DNA of 64,000 nucleotides from Actinomycetota bacterium (GTDB taxonomy: Bacteria; Actinomycetota; Actinomycetes; S36-B12; GCA-2699445), in assembly GCA_020438795.1 (NCBI GenBank), contig JAGQTY010000003.1, positions 103,913 to 167,912 of the forward strand. The letters run 5' to 3'. The first letter of the stretch is position 1. Each line of letters starts with the position of its first letter. Both the position numbers and the translations under genes were made by a program. Under the pieces are notes generated by a model, which was not told the DNA's origin, searched no databases, and saw nothing but the letters and a program-made list of their open reading frames with translations. Shown here one piece after another: positions 46,508 to 56,630 of this stretch.

Positions 46508-49336
46508 TCAGTCGTCGTGAGTGCGGAGCTCCGAACGGGCATGGACACCGAGCTTGCCGAAGATGTTCTGCAGGTGTGTGGCCACGGTTCGTTCGCTGAT
46601 CCCGAGCTCGGCTGCCACTTCACGATTGGTCCGTCCTGAGACGACCAGTACCCGCACCTCCCGCTCGCGTTCGGTCAGCGCATCGTTGCCAGAACCGTTG
46701 CCCGGGCCCGTCGCACCGAACTCCCGCAGCCTCGCTGATACGGCACGGTACATGCCGGGAGCACCTGCGCTCCGGTACTGCCGGCGGGCCAGCCGCAGTT
46801 CCGCGACAGCCGTGTCAGCACGCCCGAGGCCCACGAGGGCCTCGCTGAGCGTGAGCCGGATACGGGGCTGGTCCAGCGGCAGCCGCTGGGACTGTGCCCG
46901 CTGCACACACTCCTCCAGAAGCACCGCGGCCTCCTGGAACCGTGCGGCTCCCAGCAGCACCTCGGCATGAGCCAGCCGGGCACACAACAGCTGGAACGGT
47001 CCCGGATACTCCTCGGCAGTCCGGGCTGCCATGGTGGCCCAGCGTTCAAGCTCATCAAGGTCGTGGACGCTTCGGCTTGCCCGGGCCATCAGGGTGGCCA
47101 CGAACGGGCGCACCGAGACCGCCACGTCGGCCAGTTGCGGCCCCCCACCCCACCGAATCATCACCTCACGCGCTTCGTCATCCCTGCCGCACAGGGTGAA
47201 CACCTGGGCGATCCGGATCGCACCGACGACCCTGGCGCCCTTGCCGACATCCTTGCCCAGATAGAACAGGGCGTCCGCAGCGACGGCCTGTCCCGTGGCC
47301 AGCCCGTTTCGGAGCGCCACCGCCACCCCCTGTGTGGCACGGACCATCGCGATGGACTCATTCTGACGCGAACGCCAGGCGAGGCCGTCGGCCTGCTCGA
47401 GGACCTCCGCGAACCGGTCGGTGTGACCCAGCCTCAGATGCGAGTCGGCGGTACTCACGAGCAGGGCCGCCCGGACTGCCGGATGGTCCCGCCCCACACC
47501 CGCACTGATGGCGCGCTCGAGCATCTGCAGCGCCTCGGAGTAGCGGGAGAGGCTCTGGAGGCACGGAGCCAGCATGAGGAATCCCTCCGCGGCACCGGCG
47601 AGCTCGGCTTCCGGCAGATCGTGCAACATATCCATCGCAGTGTCCACGTGCTCGTTGGTCGCCCGGAACCTCCCGAGCACCATGCTGGAGTAGGCGAACA
47701 CGGTCTGCCAGAGGAAGTCCGCGACCCGGCCGAGGTCGGGCAGTTCGACGACCTCTGCCCGCAACTCCGCGTAGTGCGCTTCGTCCGCCGCGTCCGCAGC
47801 GGCAAGCAGCGCCATGGCGAGCAGCAGTGACCTCGTCATGATGTCGTCGTCCGGCACGGCATCGAGATAGACCCGCAGTTTGACCACTTCCCGCACTGTT
47901 CGCCGCAACCGCCACATCCGGATCCAGGCCATGCGGGCCATGATCTGCGCCGTTGCCGCTCCGTCGTCGGTGTCGCGCGTCCGGAAGAGCTCGGCGACCA
48001 GCTCCTCGGCCTCACTCCAGCGGCCGGCGCGCAACAGCGTCTCAGCCCGGAGCAGGCAGCATCGCAGCCGCAGCGATGCGCTGCCACGATCCGGCAGGAG
48101 CGCGTGCGCCCGTTCGGTCAGCCAGACCGCCATCAGTGGAAGCTCGAACTTCGCGTCCTCGGCGGCCTGCAGCAGCGACTCGATGCCGGCAACGTCGCCC
48201 GGAGCGACAACGTGGGCACGCTGCATCGCGACCGTGACCCGCGAGGCTCCCCGGGCCTCCAGCGCCATCGCCGCGCGATCGTGCGCCCCCAGGGCCCAGC
48301 CAGGTGGCACGAGGGACCCCGTGACCTCGCGCACGATCGGATGCCGGAACCGGAACCGTTGCTGCGTGGTCGGCACGAGGAGCCCCCGGTCCAGTAGCTC
48401 ATCCAGTGCCTCGTGAGTACCGGACTGCACGTGCCCGACCTCCGTAGCCAGTCCGAGGTCGAACGGCAGCGCCAGGACCGCACCGGCCCAGGCCAGCCGC
48501 TGTGCTGTGTCGGAGACGACGGACAGCTCAGCGGCCATGGCATCGACGAGTTGCGGTGGGTAGGGCAGGTCGGTCAGCTCCACAGAACTGGCGTCCGCAG
48601 GTATGTGCCTCCTGGCCTGCTCGGCCAGCTCACGGGCGAAGAAGGGATTCCCACCGGATCGAGCCAGCACCACCCGACGGGTCTCCGGGTCGAGCCCGGT
48701 CAGGAACTCCGAGAGGGCCTGCTCGGGGAGCGGTGTCAGCACCAGCGGCGGCGGCGCCGCTGGACCACGCAACGCGGCCGCATTGGGCTGTGTCCCTGGG
48801 CTGCGCTGCGTGAGAACCAGCTTGATCCGGGCGTCGAACTGGTGGGAGGTGAGGTACGAGAGTGTCTCCTGGGAGGCCTCGTCCAGCCACTGCGAATCAT
48901 CGACCAGGACAACCAGGGATGGCTTCGCTCGCAGCAGTTCGTCAATGAGGAGTTCGAGGCCGCGGGTCAGGCTCAGGAAGATGCGGTGGACCTCCTCGGC
49001 GTCGTCGCGAGCGCGCTCGGCCAACAGTCGCCGGACATCGTCAGCCAACCTGCTGGCCTGTGGGGTCAGGGCCCGTCTCGAGATCACAGCCAGCAGGTTG
49101 GCGGTCCCGAGATGACTCACAGCAGCTTCGCCGGGGAAGGCGGTGACGCGCGCGATGAGGGAGTCGCCGCCTGCCAGTGCTGCCTCGACCCCGGAGAGGA
49201 AGGTCGTCTTGCCCATCCCGGCCTCCGCTGAGACCCGGATGATCCGAGCGGGGTCGTCGGGCGCCAACCAGGACAGCACGGTCTGCAGTTCGGCGACCCG
49301 ATCGGTCTGTGCACGACCAACCGTCTGCCCAGTCAT
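46508..49336 (-). CDS. Large ATP-binding LuxR-family regulator (LAL/MalT-like)
   Basis: Walker A SAEAGMGKTTFL, Walker B-like LVVLVDDSQWLD, a long helical/TPR-like middle, and the C-terminal HTH LTEREREVRVLVVSGRTNREVAAELGISERTVATHLQNIFGKLG. Confidence 0.85.
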   Translation of the reverse strand: MTGQTVGRAQTDRVAELQTVLSWLAPDDPARIIRVSAEAGMGKTTFLSGVEAALAGGDSLIARVTAFPGEAAVSHLGTANLLAVISRRALTPQASRLADDVRRLLAERARDDAEEVHRIFLSLTRGLELLIDELLRAKPSLVVLVDDSQWLDEASQETLSYLTSHQFDARIKLVLTQRSPGTQPNAAALRGPAAPPPLVLTPLPEQALSEFLTGLDPETRRVVLARSGGNPFFARELAEQARRHIPADASSVELTDLPYPPQLVDAMAAELSVVSDTAQRLAWAGAVLALPFDLGLATEVGHVQSGTHEALDELLDRGLLVPTTQQRFRFRHPIVREVTGSLVPPGWALGAHDRAAMALEARGASRVTVAMQRAHVVAPGDVAGIESLLQAAEDAKFELPLMAVWLTERAHALLPDRGSASLRLRCCLLRAETLLRAGRWSEAEELVAELFRTRDTDDGAATAQIMARMAWIRMWRLRRTVREVVKLRVYLDAVPDDDIMTRSLLLAMALLAAADAADEAHYAELRAEVVELPDLGRVADFLWQTVFAYSSMVLGRFRATNEHVDTAMDMLHDLPEAELAGAAEGFLMLAPCLQSLSRYSEALQMLERAISAGVGRDHPAVRAALLVSTADSHLRLGHTDRFAEVLEQADGLAWRSRQNESIAMVRATQGVAVALRNGLATGQAVAADALFYLGKDVGKGARVVGAIRIAQVFTLCGRDDEAREVMIRWGGGPQLADVAVSVRPFVATLMARASRSVHDLDELERWATMAARTAEEYPGPFQLLCARLAHAEVLLGAARFQEAAVLLEECVQRAQSQRLPLDQPRIRLTLSEALVGLGRADTAVAELRLARRQYRSAGAPGMYRAVSARLREFGATGPGNGSGNDALTEREREVRVLVVSGRTNREVAAELGISERTVATHLQNIFGKLGVHARSELRTHDD

Positions 49337-49461
49337 GGCTCCAACCTAATGCTCAGCCCTGGCTGAGGCACGGTGCAGCACCCGTCCAGTGCCGGACGAT
49401 GAAGTGGGTCGGCCACCGCCGCTGCCGAGCAACAGTCGCACCGAACCAGTAGCGTTTCGAT

Positions 49462-50625
49462 GTGCCCGACGGCAGACGCACCACGACCGGATTCTGGTCC
49501 CGGCTGCTTTCCTCACCGATACCCGGCGGCGGCCCGGTCGAGATCAGCCCGAACTGGTTCGCATCGGTGATGGGGACCGGCATCGTCGCAAACGCGGCGG
49601 TGAGCCTGCCGGGAGGCGGGCCTGGGATGCTCTGGTTCGGCCGCGTCATCTGGTTCGCAGCAGCCCTGCTGCTGCTGGGACTCAGTATCGCCTACATCGT
49701 GCACTGGTTGGTGTATCCGGACAAGCACCACGACTATCGCCACAACCCGGTCATGGCCCAGTTCTACGGGGCACCACCGATGGCATTCATGACGGTGGCG
49801 GCGGGCATCCTGCTGGTCTGGGGTCCGGAGCTGCCCACCTGGGCGATCGGCTGCTCCTGGACACTGTGGCTGCTGGGCACCGCTGGCGGCCTGGTGACTG
49901 CTGTCTGGGTACCCTTCCGGCTGTTCACCAGCTTCGACGTGCCCAAGGACGGTGCGTTCGGAGGGTGGCTGATGCCGGTCGTGCCACCGATGGTCAGCGC
50001 TGCCACAGGTGCCCTGCTGGTGCCACACGCGGCAACGGGAGTGCTACGGGAGACCATGTTCTACGCCTGCTACGCGATGTTCGGCCTCTCACTGATGGCT
50101 GCTTTCATCATCATCACCCTGATCTGGAACCGCCTGGCCCACTTCGGCACCTCCGGCTCGCCGAGGGTTCCGACGTTGTGGATCGTCCTGGGACCGCTGG
50201 GTCAGAGCATCACCGCGGCGGGGACTCTGGGAGCCGTCGCATTCCTGGCGGTCCGGCCGGAACTTGCGCACGCCTTCGACCTCTTCGCGGTGCTGTACGG
50301 GGTTCCGGTCTGGGGCTTCGCAATGCTCTGGGCCGCGCTGGCCACGCTGCTAACGATCAGGGCCCGGCGGCAGAACATGTCCTTCGCCCTGACCTGGTGG
50401 GCCTTCACCTTCCCGGTCGGGACATGTGTGACCGGCGCGATCCAGCTGGCTCACCACACCGAACTGGTGACGTTCGAGGTGATGGCCTGGCTCGCCTTCG
50501 TGGGGTTGTTGTGCGCGTGGCTGCTGGTCGGCTGGCGGACGGGCAGGGGCCTGGCGCGTGGCGAACTGCTCCGACCGCCGCCGGCGGGTCAGCCGACCTC
50601 GTTCAAGGGGAAGCTGGTCGACTGA
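49462..50625 (+). CDS. TDT-family (TehA/Mae1/SLAC1-like) anion/dicarboxylate transporter
   Basis: About 10 TM helices. The N-terminal ISPNWFASVMGTGIVANA motif is typical of the family. GTG start. Confidence 0.8.
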   Translation: MPDGRRTTTGFWSRLLSSPIPGGGPVEISPNWFASVMGTGIVANAAVSLPGGGPGMLWFGRVIWFAAALLLLGLSIAYIVHWLVYPDKHHDYRHNPVMAQFYGAPPMAFMTVAAGILLVWGPELPTWAIGCSWTLWLLGTAGGLVTAVWVPFRLFTSFDVPKDGAFGGWLMPVVPPMVSAATGALLVPHAATGVLRETMFYACYAMFGLSLMAAFIIITLIWNRLAHFGTSGSPRVPTLWIVLGPLGQSITAAGTLGAVAFLAVRPELAHAFDLFAVLYGVPVWGFAMLWAALATLLTIRARRQNMSFALTWWAFTFPVGTCVTGAIQLAHHTELVTFEVMAWLAFVGLLCAWLLVGWRTGRGLARGELLRPPPAGQPTSFKGKLVD

Positions 50626-50684
50626 GCTGCCGTCCTTACGCCGTGGCACCCGTCACCACAGGTGAGGACTGCAGGCGACCGGAC

Positions 50685-51140
50685 TCAGCCCAGCACCTTC
50701 TGCAATTCCTTGGACACCCCGGCGTCGGTGCCGGTCACGACGTGAGTCGCGTCGATCACGAACACGTTGTCCTCGCCCGCGACGGCGATCGCGGGTTCCA
50801 GCCAGTCCTGCTCGTCCTGCGGTGTGGCGAAGGTGTAGATGGCGGCAATGCCATCGGCGACATCGCACTGATGGATACTGGCCACAAAGATCTCTGTAGG
50901 TGGGATCTCGCGCACATCCGTGCAGCCGATCTGCCTCGCGAGTGCGTCGACCGCGCCGTCCTCGGATGCGGATACCGATGCAGATGCAGATGGTTCAGTG
51001 ATGCTGGGCGCGACGCTGGTAGGTGTCTCACTGACCGTGCCCGACGTCGAGTCGTTCTGCGAGCCGCAAGCGCCAGCCAGCACCACGACGATCCCCGCAC
51101 CTGCGATCGCTCTGAGGAACATGGCGAGCAGTCTACTCAT
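50685..51140 (-). CDS. Putative lipoprotein, unknown function
   Basis: Start MSRLLAMFLRAIAGAGIVVVLAGAC (lipobox-like AGAC), a Ser/Thr-rich linker, and a ~90-aa globular part with 2 Cys. Confidence 0.5.
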   Translation of the reverse strand: MSRLLAMFLRAIAGAGIVVVLAGACGSQNDSTSGTVSETPTSVAPSITEPSASASVSASEDGAVDALARQIGCTDVREIPPTEIFVASIHQCDVADGIAAIYTFATPQDEQDWLEPAIAVAGEDNVFVIDATHVVTGTDAGVSKELQKVLG

Positions 51141-51276
51141 CAGCCTGCGAGCAGTCAGTCCGGACAACCCCCGTTGCACCATCCGATGGGTGGCGCTGGG
51201 CGGATCGGGTGGTCGCCTTCCCTGAGGGCCACAGGGGTGAGCTAATGGTTTCAGTCCAGCGCGAGAGGGGCCACCA

Positions 51277-52617
51277 GTGAGCGATGAGCCGGCAGCAGCG
51301 GATCTGAACGCGGGCGGCTTCCGCCCCGTGGCCGACGAGGTGTACGAGACCGACCTGCCGGTACGGGGCGAGATCCCCAGCGACCTGAACGGACGCTGAC
51401 TGCGCAACGGTCCCAATCCCCACAGCCTGAGCTTCGACGGCAACGACTACTTCTCGTGGTTCCTCGGTGATGGCATGGTGCATGGGATTCATCTCGAGGG
51501 TGGCCGGGCGGTCAGCTACCGCAACCGCTACGTGCGCACCAAGGCGCTCGCCGCTGAGGAGGGCGCCGAGGTCGACCCCGACACCCCCTCCAATACGAAC
51601 GTGATCCCATTGGGATCCAAGCTGCTGTCGCTGTGCGAGACCGGGGTTCCCTACGAGATCACCACCGAACTGGAGACGGTCGGCCCCCAGGATTTCGGCG
51701 GCAACCTTCCTGGCGGCACCATGTCGGCGCATCCGAAGTTCGACGCCCACACCGGCGAGACCCTCGCCTTCGACTACAACTGGCAGGAGCCCTACGGCCG
51801 CTACTGGGTGTTCGACAGTGACGGCGAGATCACCCATGAGACCACGCTGGACGTGAGTGGTCCGGTCATGATGCACGATTTCGCGGTCACGCAGTCGTAC
51901 TCGGTGTTCATGGACCTGCCCGTCGTGTTCGATCTGGAGATGGCCATGGCCGGCATGACCATCCCCTACCGCTGGCAGGACGACCACCAGGCTCGCATCG
52001 GCGTCATCCCTCGTCACGGCGACACGGTGCAGTGGTTCGATATCGACCCCTGCTTCGTGTTCCACACGATGAACGCATATGAGACTGCCGACACCGTGGT
52101 GCTGGATGCAGTTCGCTACGACAGACTGCTGAGCTACGACCTGCCCAGTAGGACCTGGTCCGACATGTTCAATCCCGGGTACCTGACCCGCTTCGAGCTC
52201 ACCCTCACGACCGGTGTCGCCTCGCAGACCGAGGTGGCCGAGGTGAACGTGGAGTTCCCCCGCGTTGCGGATCTGGCCGTCGGCCGGCCCTATCAACACG
52301 GCTACTCCGTGGAATTCCAGCCCGATCTGGTCAACAGCCGGGGCCTGGCCCGGTTCGACCTGGAGTCCGGAGCGGTCGAGCGGTGGGAGCACGCGCCCGG
52401 CGACCTGGTCGGTGAGCCGCTGTTCGTCCCCAGGCAGGGCGCCGCCCCCGGCACCGAGGACGACGGGTACGTCATCTATCCCATCTATCGGGCAGCCGAG
52501 GACCGCTCCGCCCTGGAGATCCGAGCAGCGGGCGAGCTGAACGGCCCGGCCATCGGTAGCGTCGAGTTGCCCTGCCGGATTCCGGCCGGATTCCACGGCA
52601 ACTGGGTCGGCCTCTGA
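51277..52617 (+). pseudogene. Carotenoid/apocarotenoid cleavage oxygenase (RPE65/CCD family) interrupted by an in-frame TGA at 51397-51399
   Basis: GTG 51277 ...PVRGEIPSDLNGR-TGA-LRNGPNPHSL...FLGDGMVHGIHLEGG... is continuous in one frame. The four His-ligand contexts are present (SAHPKFD, MMHDFAV, FVFHTMNAYE, GFHGNWV). The stop sits where family members have Tyr, Trp or Leu in G-x-(Y/L)-LRNGPNP. Confidence 0.75.
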
Positions 52618-52666
52618 GACCGACGCTCACCCGGGTCATTGCCGGACCCGGCGCTACAATCGGTGA

Positions 52667-53638
52667 ATGAAGCAGCCCCACGAACTGCCCGAGTTCCGGC
52701 GCCACCCGGCCCCCGATGCCGCCAAGCACTGGATCGGCGATCAGTGGCTCGCGGTGCGAAGGGTCAGCCAGGGCGGAGAGCCCGCGGTGATGATTCACGG
52801 TCTCGGCGGCACGAGTCTCAACTGGACGGATGTCGCCTACGGGCTCGAGGGTCGGCTCGACTCCTGGGCCGTCGACCTGCCCGGCTTCGGCGAATCGCCC
52901 CGCCCGGTCGACGGCGACTACAGTCCGGCAACCTACGCCAATTCGATCAAACGACTCGTCGACAGCCAGATCGGCGAGAAGGTCCACGTCTTCGGCAACT
53001 CACTCGGCGGCGCGGTGGCGCTGCAGTTCGCAGGCCGCTACCCGGAACTGGTCCGTTCCACGACGCTCATCTCCCCGTCCCTGCCGCGGTCGGCGAACTT
53101 CAGCCTGTCCCTGCAGGGGCTCACCCTGCCGATCGCGTTGCTGCCGGGCGTGGGCGACCGCTTCATGCAGTGGTACATGCGCCTGCCTCCTGCCGACCGG
53201 GTGCGGCGCACCTACGAGCATGTCTTCGCCGACGTTGCGAACGCATCTGCGGTGAGGATCGACGAAGCCGTGACCGCCCAGCGTTACCGGGACGAGCTCG
53301 GCTATGCGACCGAGGTCTTCGTGAGCGCGCTGCGGGCGCTGGTCCGCAACCACCTCGAGCGTGGCCCGGAGCGACCCTACCGGCTCGCCGCGCGGATCGA
53401 CTCCCCCACACTGCTGATCTACGGTCATCACGACAACCTCGTCGATCCGCGCAGTGTGCACCGGGCGGCCCAGGAGATCCCGAAGGCCCGAGCGGTGCTG
53501 CTCCCCGAGTCAGGACACGTCGCACAGATGGAGCATCCGGAACTCGTGATCGAACTCTGGGATGCGCTCATCGGGAGCAGGGTCGGCCGGGCACTCGACG
53601 ACGACGATCCCGTGGCTCACATCAGCCGGCGTTCCTGA
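52667..53638 (+). CDS. Alpha/beta-fold hydrolase
   Basis: VMIHGLGGTSLNW (oxyanion HG), nucleophile elbow GNSLGG, and C-terminal HVAQMEHPE. Confidence 0.85.
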   Translation: MKQPHELPEFRRHPAPDAAKHWIGDQWLAVRRVSQGGEPAVMIHGLGGTSLNWTDVAYGLEGRLDSWAVDLPGFGESPRPVDGDYSPATYANSIKRLVDSQIGEKVHVFGNSLGGAVALQFAGRYPELVRSTTLISPSLPRSANFSLSLQGLTLPIALLPGVGDRFMQWYMRLPPADRVRRTYEHVFADVANASAVRIDEAVTAQRYRDELGYATEVFVSALRALVRNHLERGPERPYRLAARIDSPTLLIYGHHDNLVDPRSVHRAAQEIPKARAVLLPESGHVAQMEHPELVIELWDALIGSRVGRALDDDDPVAHISRRS

Positions 53639-53705
53639 CCCGCGCGCTGCCTGCACCGGCAGCCTCGCCCGCCCCGCACCCGGGTGATCCGCACTGCCAA
53701 CTTCG

Positions 53706-55229
53706 GTGAACCGGTCTACCTTGCAGACTGTGGACTTCAACGAATACCGGGCCCTCGACGCCACCGCGCTGGCCAGAGCCATCGCCGCTGACGAGCTGGA
53801 TGCCAGCGAGGCCCTGGATGCGGCGCATCGACGGCTGCTGGCGGTCAACCCGGGCATCAACGCCGTCGTGCTCGACCTCTTCGCGAAGGCGCGCCAACAG
53901 ATCGAGGTGGGGCTCCCCGAGGGACCGTTGCGTGGAGTGCCGTTCCTGGTGAAGGACATGGACGGGGAGCTCGCAGGCGAGCGATGCGCCATGGGCAGCC
54001 GGTCCCTGTTGTCCTACATACCGGCCCACGATTCGAACCTGTTCGCCAGATACCGGGCAGCCGGTCTGGTGTTCCTCGGCAAGACCAACTGTCCCGAGTT
54101 CGGGATCATGGGCACGACCGAGCCGGAACTGTGGGGACCGGCCAGGAATCCCTGGAACCTGGATCACAGCACCGGTGGCTCGTCAGGTGGCTCGGCGGCG
54201 GCCGTGGCCGCGGGCATCGTGCCGGTGGCACACGCAGGGGACGGTGGGGGTTCCATCCGCATTCCGGCGGCCAACTGCGGCCTGTTCGGGCTCAAGCCCA
54301 GCCGGGGCCGGATGCCATTGGGACCGGGGATGGGGGAGGGATGGAACGGTTACGTCGTGCCCCACGTCGTGAGCAGGTCCGTACGCGACAGCGCTGCCTT
54401 CCTGCAGGCAACCCGCGGCGCCGACGTGGGTGCGCCATACGCCGAACCGCCCGGGTCTCCGGACTTCACCCTCGCGGTGTCGGAACCGGTGGCACCGCTG
54501 CGCATCGGTTTCAGCACCAAGGCGCTGCTCGGCACCGAGATGAGTCCCGAGTGCATCAGGGCGGTCGAGGACACCGCGGCACTGCTGAACGACCTCGGCC
54601 ACGAGGTCTTCGAAGTGGACCTGCCCATCGAACCGGAGGAGGCCGCCGAAGCCTACCTCACGGTGGTGGCGGCAGGGATCGCCACGATGGTCGCCCAGAC
54701 ACAGCACCTCACCGGGCGTTCGCCCCATCGCGGGGACTTCGAGGACCCGACCTGGTTCCTGGCTCATATCGGCCGGGTGCTGAGCTCCTACGATCTCGAG
54801 CGTGCCCGCGCCTATGGCTTCGGCCTCACTCGGGCGCTGGCCGACATGTTCGAGGGATTCGATGTCCATCTCACCAGCACGCTGGCGTTCCCCCCGGTCG
54901 AGCTCGGCGAACTGGCGCTGTCGACGGTCGAGCGAATGAGCCTGCAGACGCTGAGCCGGGTGTCTTCGGTCACGGGCCCGCTCACCGACCCGGTGTACCG
55001 GCAGGCACTGAAGCAACTGGCGGGAGAATCGCTGTCGCGATCACCGAACACCCAGCCGTTCAATATGACCGGCCGTCCGGCGATGAGCGTGCCACTGCAC
55101 TGGACAGACCAGGGACTCCCGGTCGGGGTGCAGTTCGCGGGCAGGTTCGGCGCCGAGGGGACTCTGCTGCAGCTGGCCACCCAGCTCGAGGAGGCCAAGC
55201 CTTGGTTCGACCGCCATCCGCCGCTGTGA
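53706..55229 (+). CDS. Amidase-signature family amidase
   Basis: Signature [14 protein letters not shown] and [11 protein letters not shown], plus VPFLVKD (catalytic Lys context). GTG start. Confidence 0.9.
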   Translation: MNRSTLQTVDFNEYRALDATALARAIAADELDASEALDAAHRRLLAVNPGINAVVLDLFAKARQQIEVGLPEGPLRGVPFLVKDMDGELAGERCAMGSRSLLSYIPAHDSNLFARYRAAGLVFLGKTNCPEFGIMGTTEPELWGPARNPWNLDHSTGGSSGGSAAAVAAGIVPVAHAGDGGGSIRIPAANCGLFGLKPSRGRMPLGPGMGEGWNGYVVPHVVSRSVRDSAAFLQATRGADVGAPYAEPPGSPDFTLAVSEPVAPLRIGFSTKALLGTEMSPECIRAVEDTAALLNDLGHEVFEVDLPIEPEEAAEAYLTVVAAGIATMVAQTQHLTGRSPHRGDFEDPTWFLAHIGRVLSSYDLERARAYGFGLTRALADMFEGFDVHLTSTLAFPPVELGELALSTVERMSLQTLSRVSSVTGPLTDPVYRQALKQLAGESLSRSPNTQPFNMTGRPAMSVPLHWTDQGLPVGVQFAGRFGAEGTLLQLATQLEEAKPWFDRHPPL

Positions 55230-55295
55230 ATCGCTTGGAGCGACGTTGCCAAAGGCTGCCACAGGCCTCCGGCTGACGGCTCGGGAACGACGAGG

Positions 55296-55910
55296 ATGGC
55301 GATGAGGAACGCCAGCAACAGACGTATCTACCGCGCATGGGCCCCCATTTACAACGCCGTCTTCGGCAGGGCGTTCCGGGATGCCAGACGCCGAACGATC
55401 GAGGCTCTGGAGCTACGGGCAGGAGAGTCCCTGTTGATCCCCGGAGTCGGCACGGGGCTGGATCTCCCGATGATCCCCCGCGGTGTCCACGTGGTCGGTC
55501 TAGACCTGAGCCGGGAGATGCTGGCGCAGACGAGTCGGCAGAGTCTCGGACCCCAGGTCTGTCTCATCGAGGCCGACGCACAGCACCTGCCCTTCGCGAC
55601 GGCCTCCTTCGACGCCGTGCTGCTGAACCTCGTGCTGTCCGTCGTGCCGGATGCGGGCATCGCCTTCGGGGAGGCCTGGCGCACGCTGCGACCAGGCGGC
55701 CGGATGGTGCTTTTCGACAAGTTCCGCCCCGAGGATCAATCGCTCACCGCGGCGCGACGCATGATCGGAAGAATCGCCGAGGCGCTGGGAACAGATCCCA
55801 ACCGTCGCCTCGATGACATCATCCGTGGCGCAGCCCAGCTGACGGTGGCCCGCGACAGCCCGGCGCTGCTACGGGGCACGTATCGACTGATCCGGCTGGA
55901 CAAGGCCTGA
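55296..55910 (+). CDS. Class I SAM-dependent methyltransferase
   Basis: Motif I LLIPGVGTGLDL, an acidic post-I residue (VVGLDLS), and DAVLLNLVLSVVPD. 204 aa. Confidence 0.8.
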   Translation: MAMRNASNRRIYRAWAPIYNAVFGRAFRDARRRTIEALELRAGESLLIPGVGTGLDLPMIPRGVHVVGLDLSREMLAQTSRQSLGPQVCLIEADAQHLPFATASFDAVLLNLVLSVVPDAGIAFGEAWRTLRPGGRMVLFDKFRPEDQSLTAARRMIGRIAEALGTDPNRRLDDIIRGAAQLTVARDSPALLRGTYRLIRLDKA

Positions 55911-55923
55911 CTGCGCCCGCTGA

Positions 55924-56126
55924 TCAGATGAAAAGCAGCTGGGCGCCCGGAGCGCAGAGCTGCACAGACCCGGTAGGCCCCCGTCAGATGAAAAGCAGCT
56001 GGGCGCCCGGGGCGCAGAGCTGCAGAAGCCGAAAGACGTACCTCAGATGAAGAGCAGCTGGGCGCCCGGGGCGCAGAGCTGCAGAAGCCGAAAGACGTAC
56101 CTCAGATGAAGAGCAGCTGGGCGCCC
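55924..56126. repeat. Tandem repeat, 3 full units (60, 59, 59 bp) plus a 25-bp partial unit that is the real 3' end of the dsrE-like CDS
   Basis: Units start at 55924, 55984, 56043 and 56102, each beginning TCAGATGAA(A/G)AGCAGCTGGGCGCCC. Units 2 and 3 differ at 1 position. Each unit carries the imperfect palindrome CAGCTGGGCGCC-cgg-GGCGCAGAGCTG. Confidence 0.9.
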
Positions 56127-56620
56127 TTGGTCATCTCCATGAAGTCAGCAGCGTTGATGATGCCCTCGACATCGTCGCGCAGGTCCGTCTCATCGAGGTC
56201 CTGCATGTCGGCCGACATCCGGCAGGCCCACAGATGCCCACCGGCGGCGACGATCTGATCGAGGAACTCCGGCACCTCCGGAATGCCGAGGTCCGCGATC
56301 TGCTCCTTCATCTTCTTGGTCGCCATCCCGGTCATACCGGGCATCGGGGCCAGCGCCTGCGGCACCCGTAGATCCTTCATGGGCAGATGCATCGCGGTGT
56401 TTCCCACCGGCGAGAACTTGAGGTCATGCATCCGGGACTTGGTGATCATGTCGAAGCCCCAGAAGGTGAAGAACAGATGGGTCTCCACACCTTCGCCGAG
56501 TGCCGCGTTGCCGAGCACGAGACCGGGGTAGGCCATGTCCAGGTTGCCCTTGGAGCAGATGATGGCCAGCTTGCGGCCTTCATCATCATCGTCGTCGTCG
56601 AAATTCGGGATGATGGTCAT
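56102..56620 (-). CDS. DsrE/DsrF-like sulfur-relay family protein
   Basis: LAIICSKGNLDMAYPGLVLGNAA...THLFFTFWG and the conserved Cys context HLWACRMS. The N-terminus is unusual (NFDDDDDDEG). Confidence 0.75.
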   Translation of the reverse strand: MTIIPNFDDDDDDEGRKLAIICSKGNLDMAYPGLVLGNAALGEGVETHLFFTFWGFDMITKSRMHDLKFSPVGNTAMHLPMKDLRVPQALAPMPGMTGMATKKMKEQIADLGIPEVPEFLDQIVAAGGHLWACRMSADMQDLDETDLRDDVEGIINAADFMEMTKGAQLLFI

Positions 56621-56630
56621 GATCGGCTCC

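Noticed and set aside
49352-49367. The 7-bp inverted repeat CTCAGCC-ct-GGCTGAG, 16 nt upstream of the LAL regulator start
   Set aside because: It is short and GC-rich. Palindromes of this size are expected by chance in high-GC intergenic DNA, and there is no supporting promoter context.
51397-51399. The in-frame TGA in the carotenoid oxygenase as a selenocysteine or programmed read-through codon
   Set aside because: The position aligns with an ordinary hydrophobic or aromatic residue before LRNGPNP, not a catalytic Cys/Sec site. I saw no SECIS-like hairpin immediately downstream, and no sel genes lie in the window. A nonsense mutation or sequencing error is the simpler explanation.
55924-56126. 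The 59-60-bp repeat array as a CRISPR array
   Set aside because: The units are directly contiguous with no unique spacers, and they derive from the 3' end of the adjacent CDS. No cas genes are nearby.
56570-56605. The GAC/GAT trinucleotide run encoding D6 at the N-terminus of the DsrE-like protein, as a phase-variation tract
   Set aside because: The tract is in frame, so length changes add or remove Asp without switching the gene off. It is short and interrupted. It is noted only as a compositional oddity.
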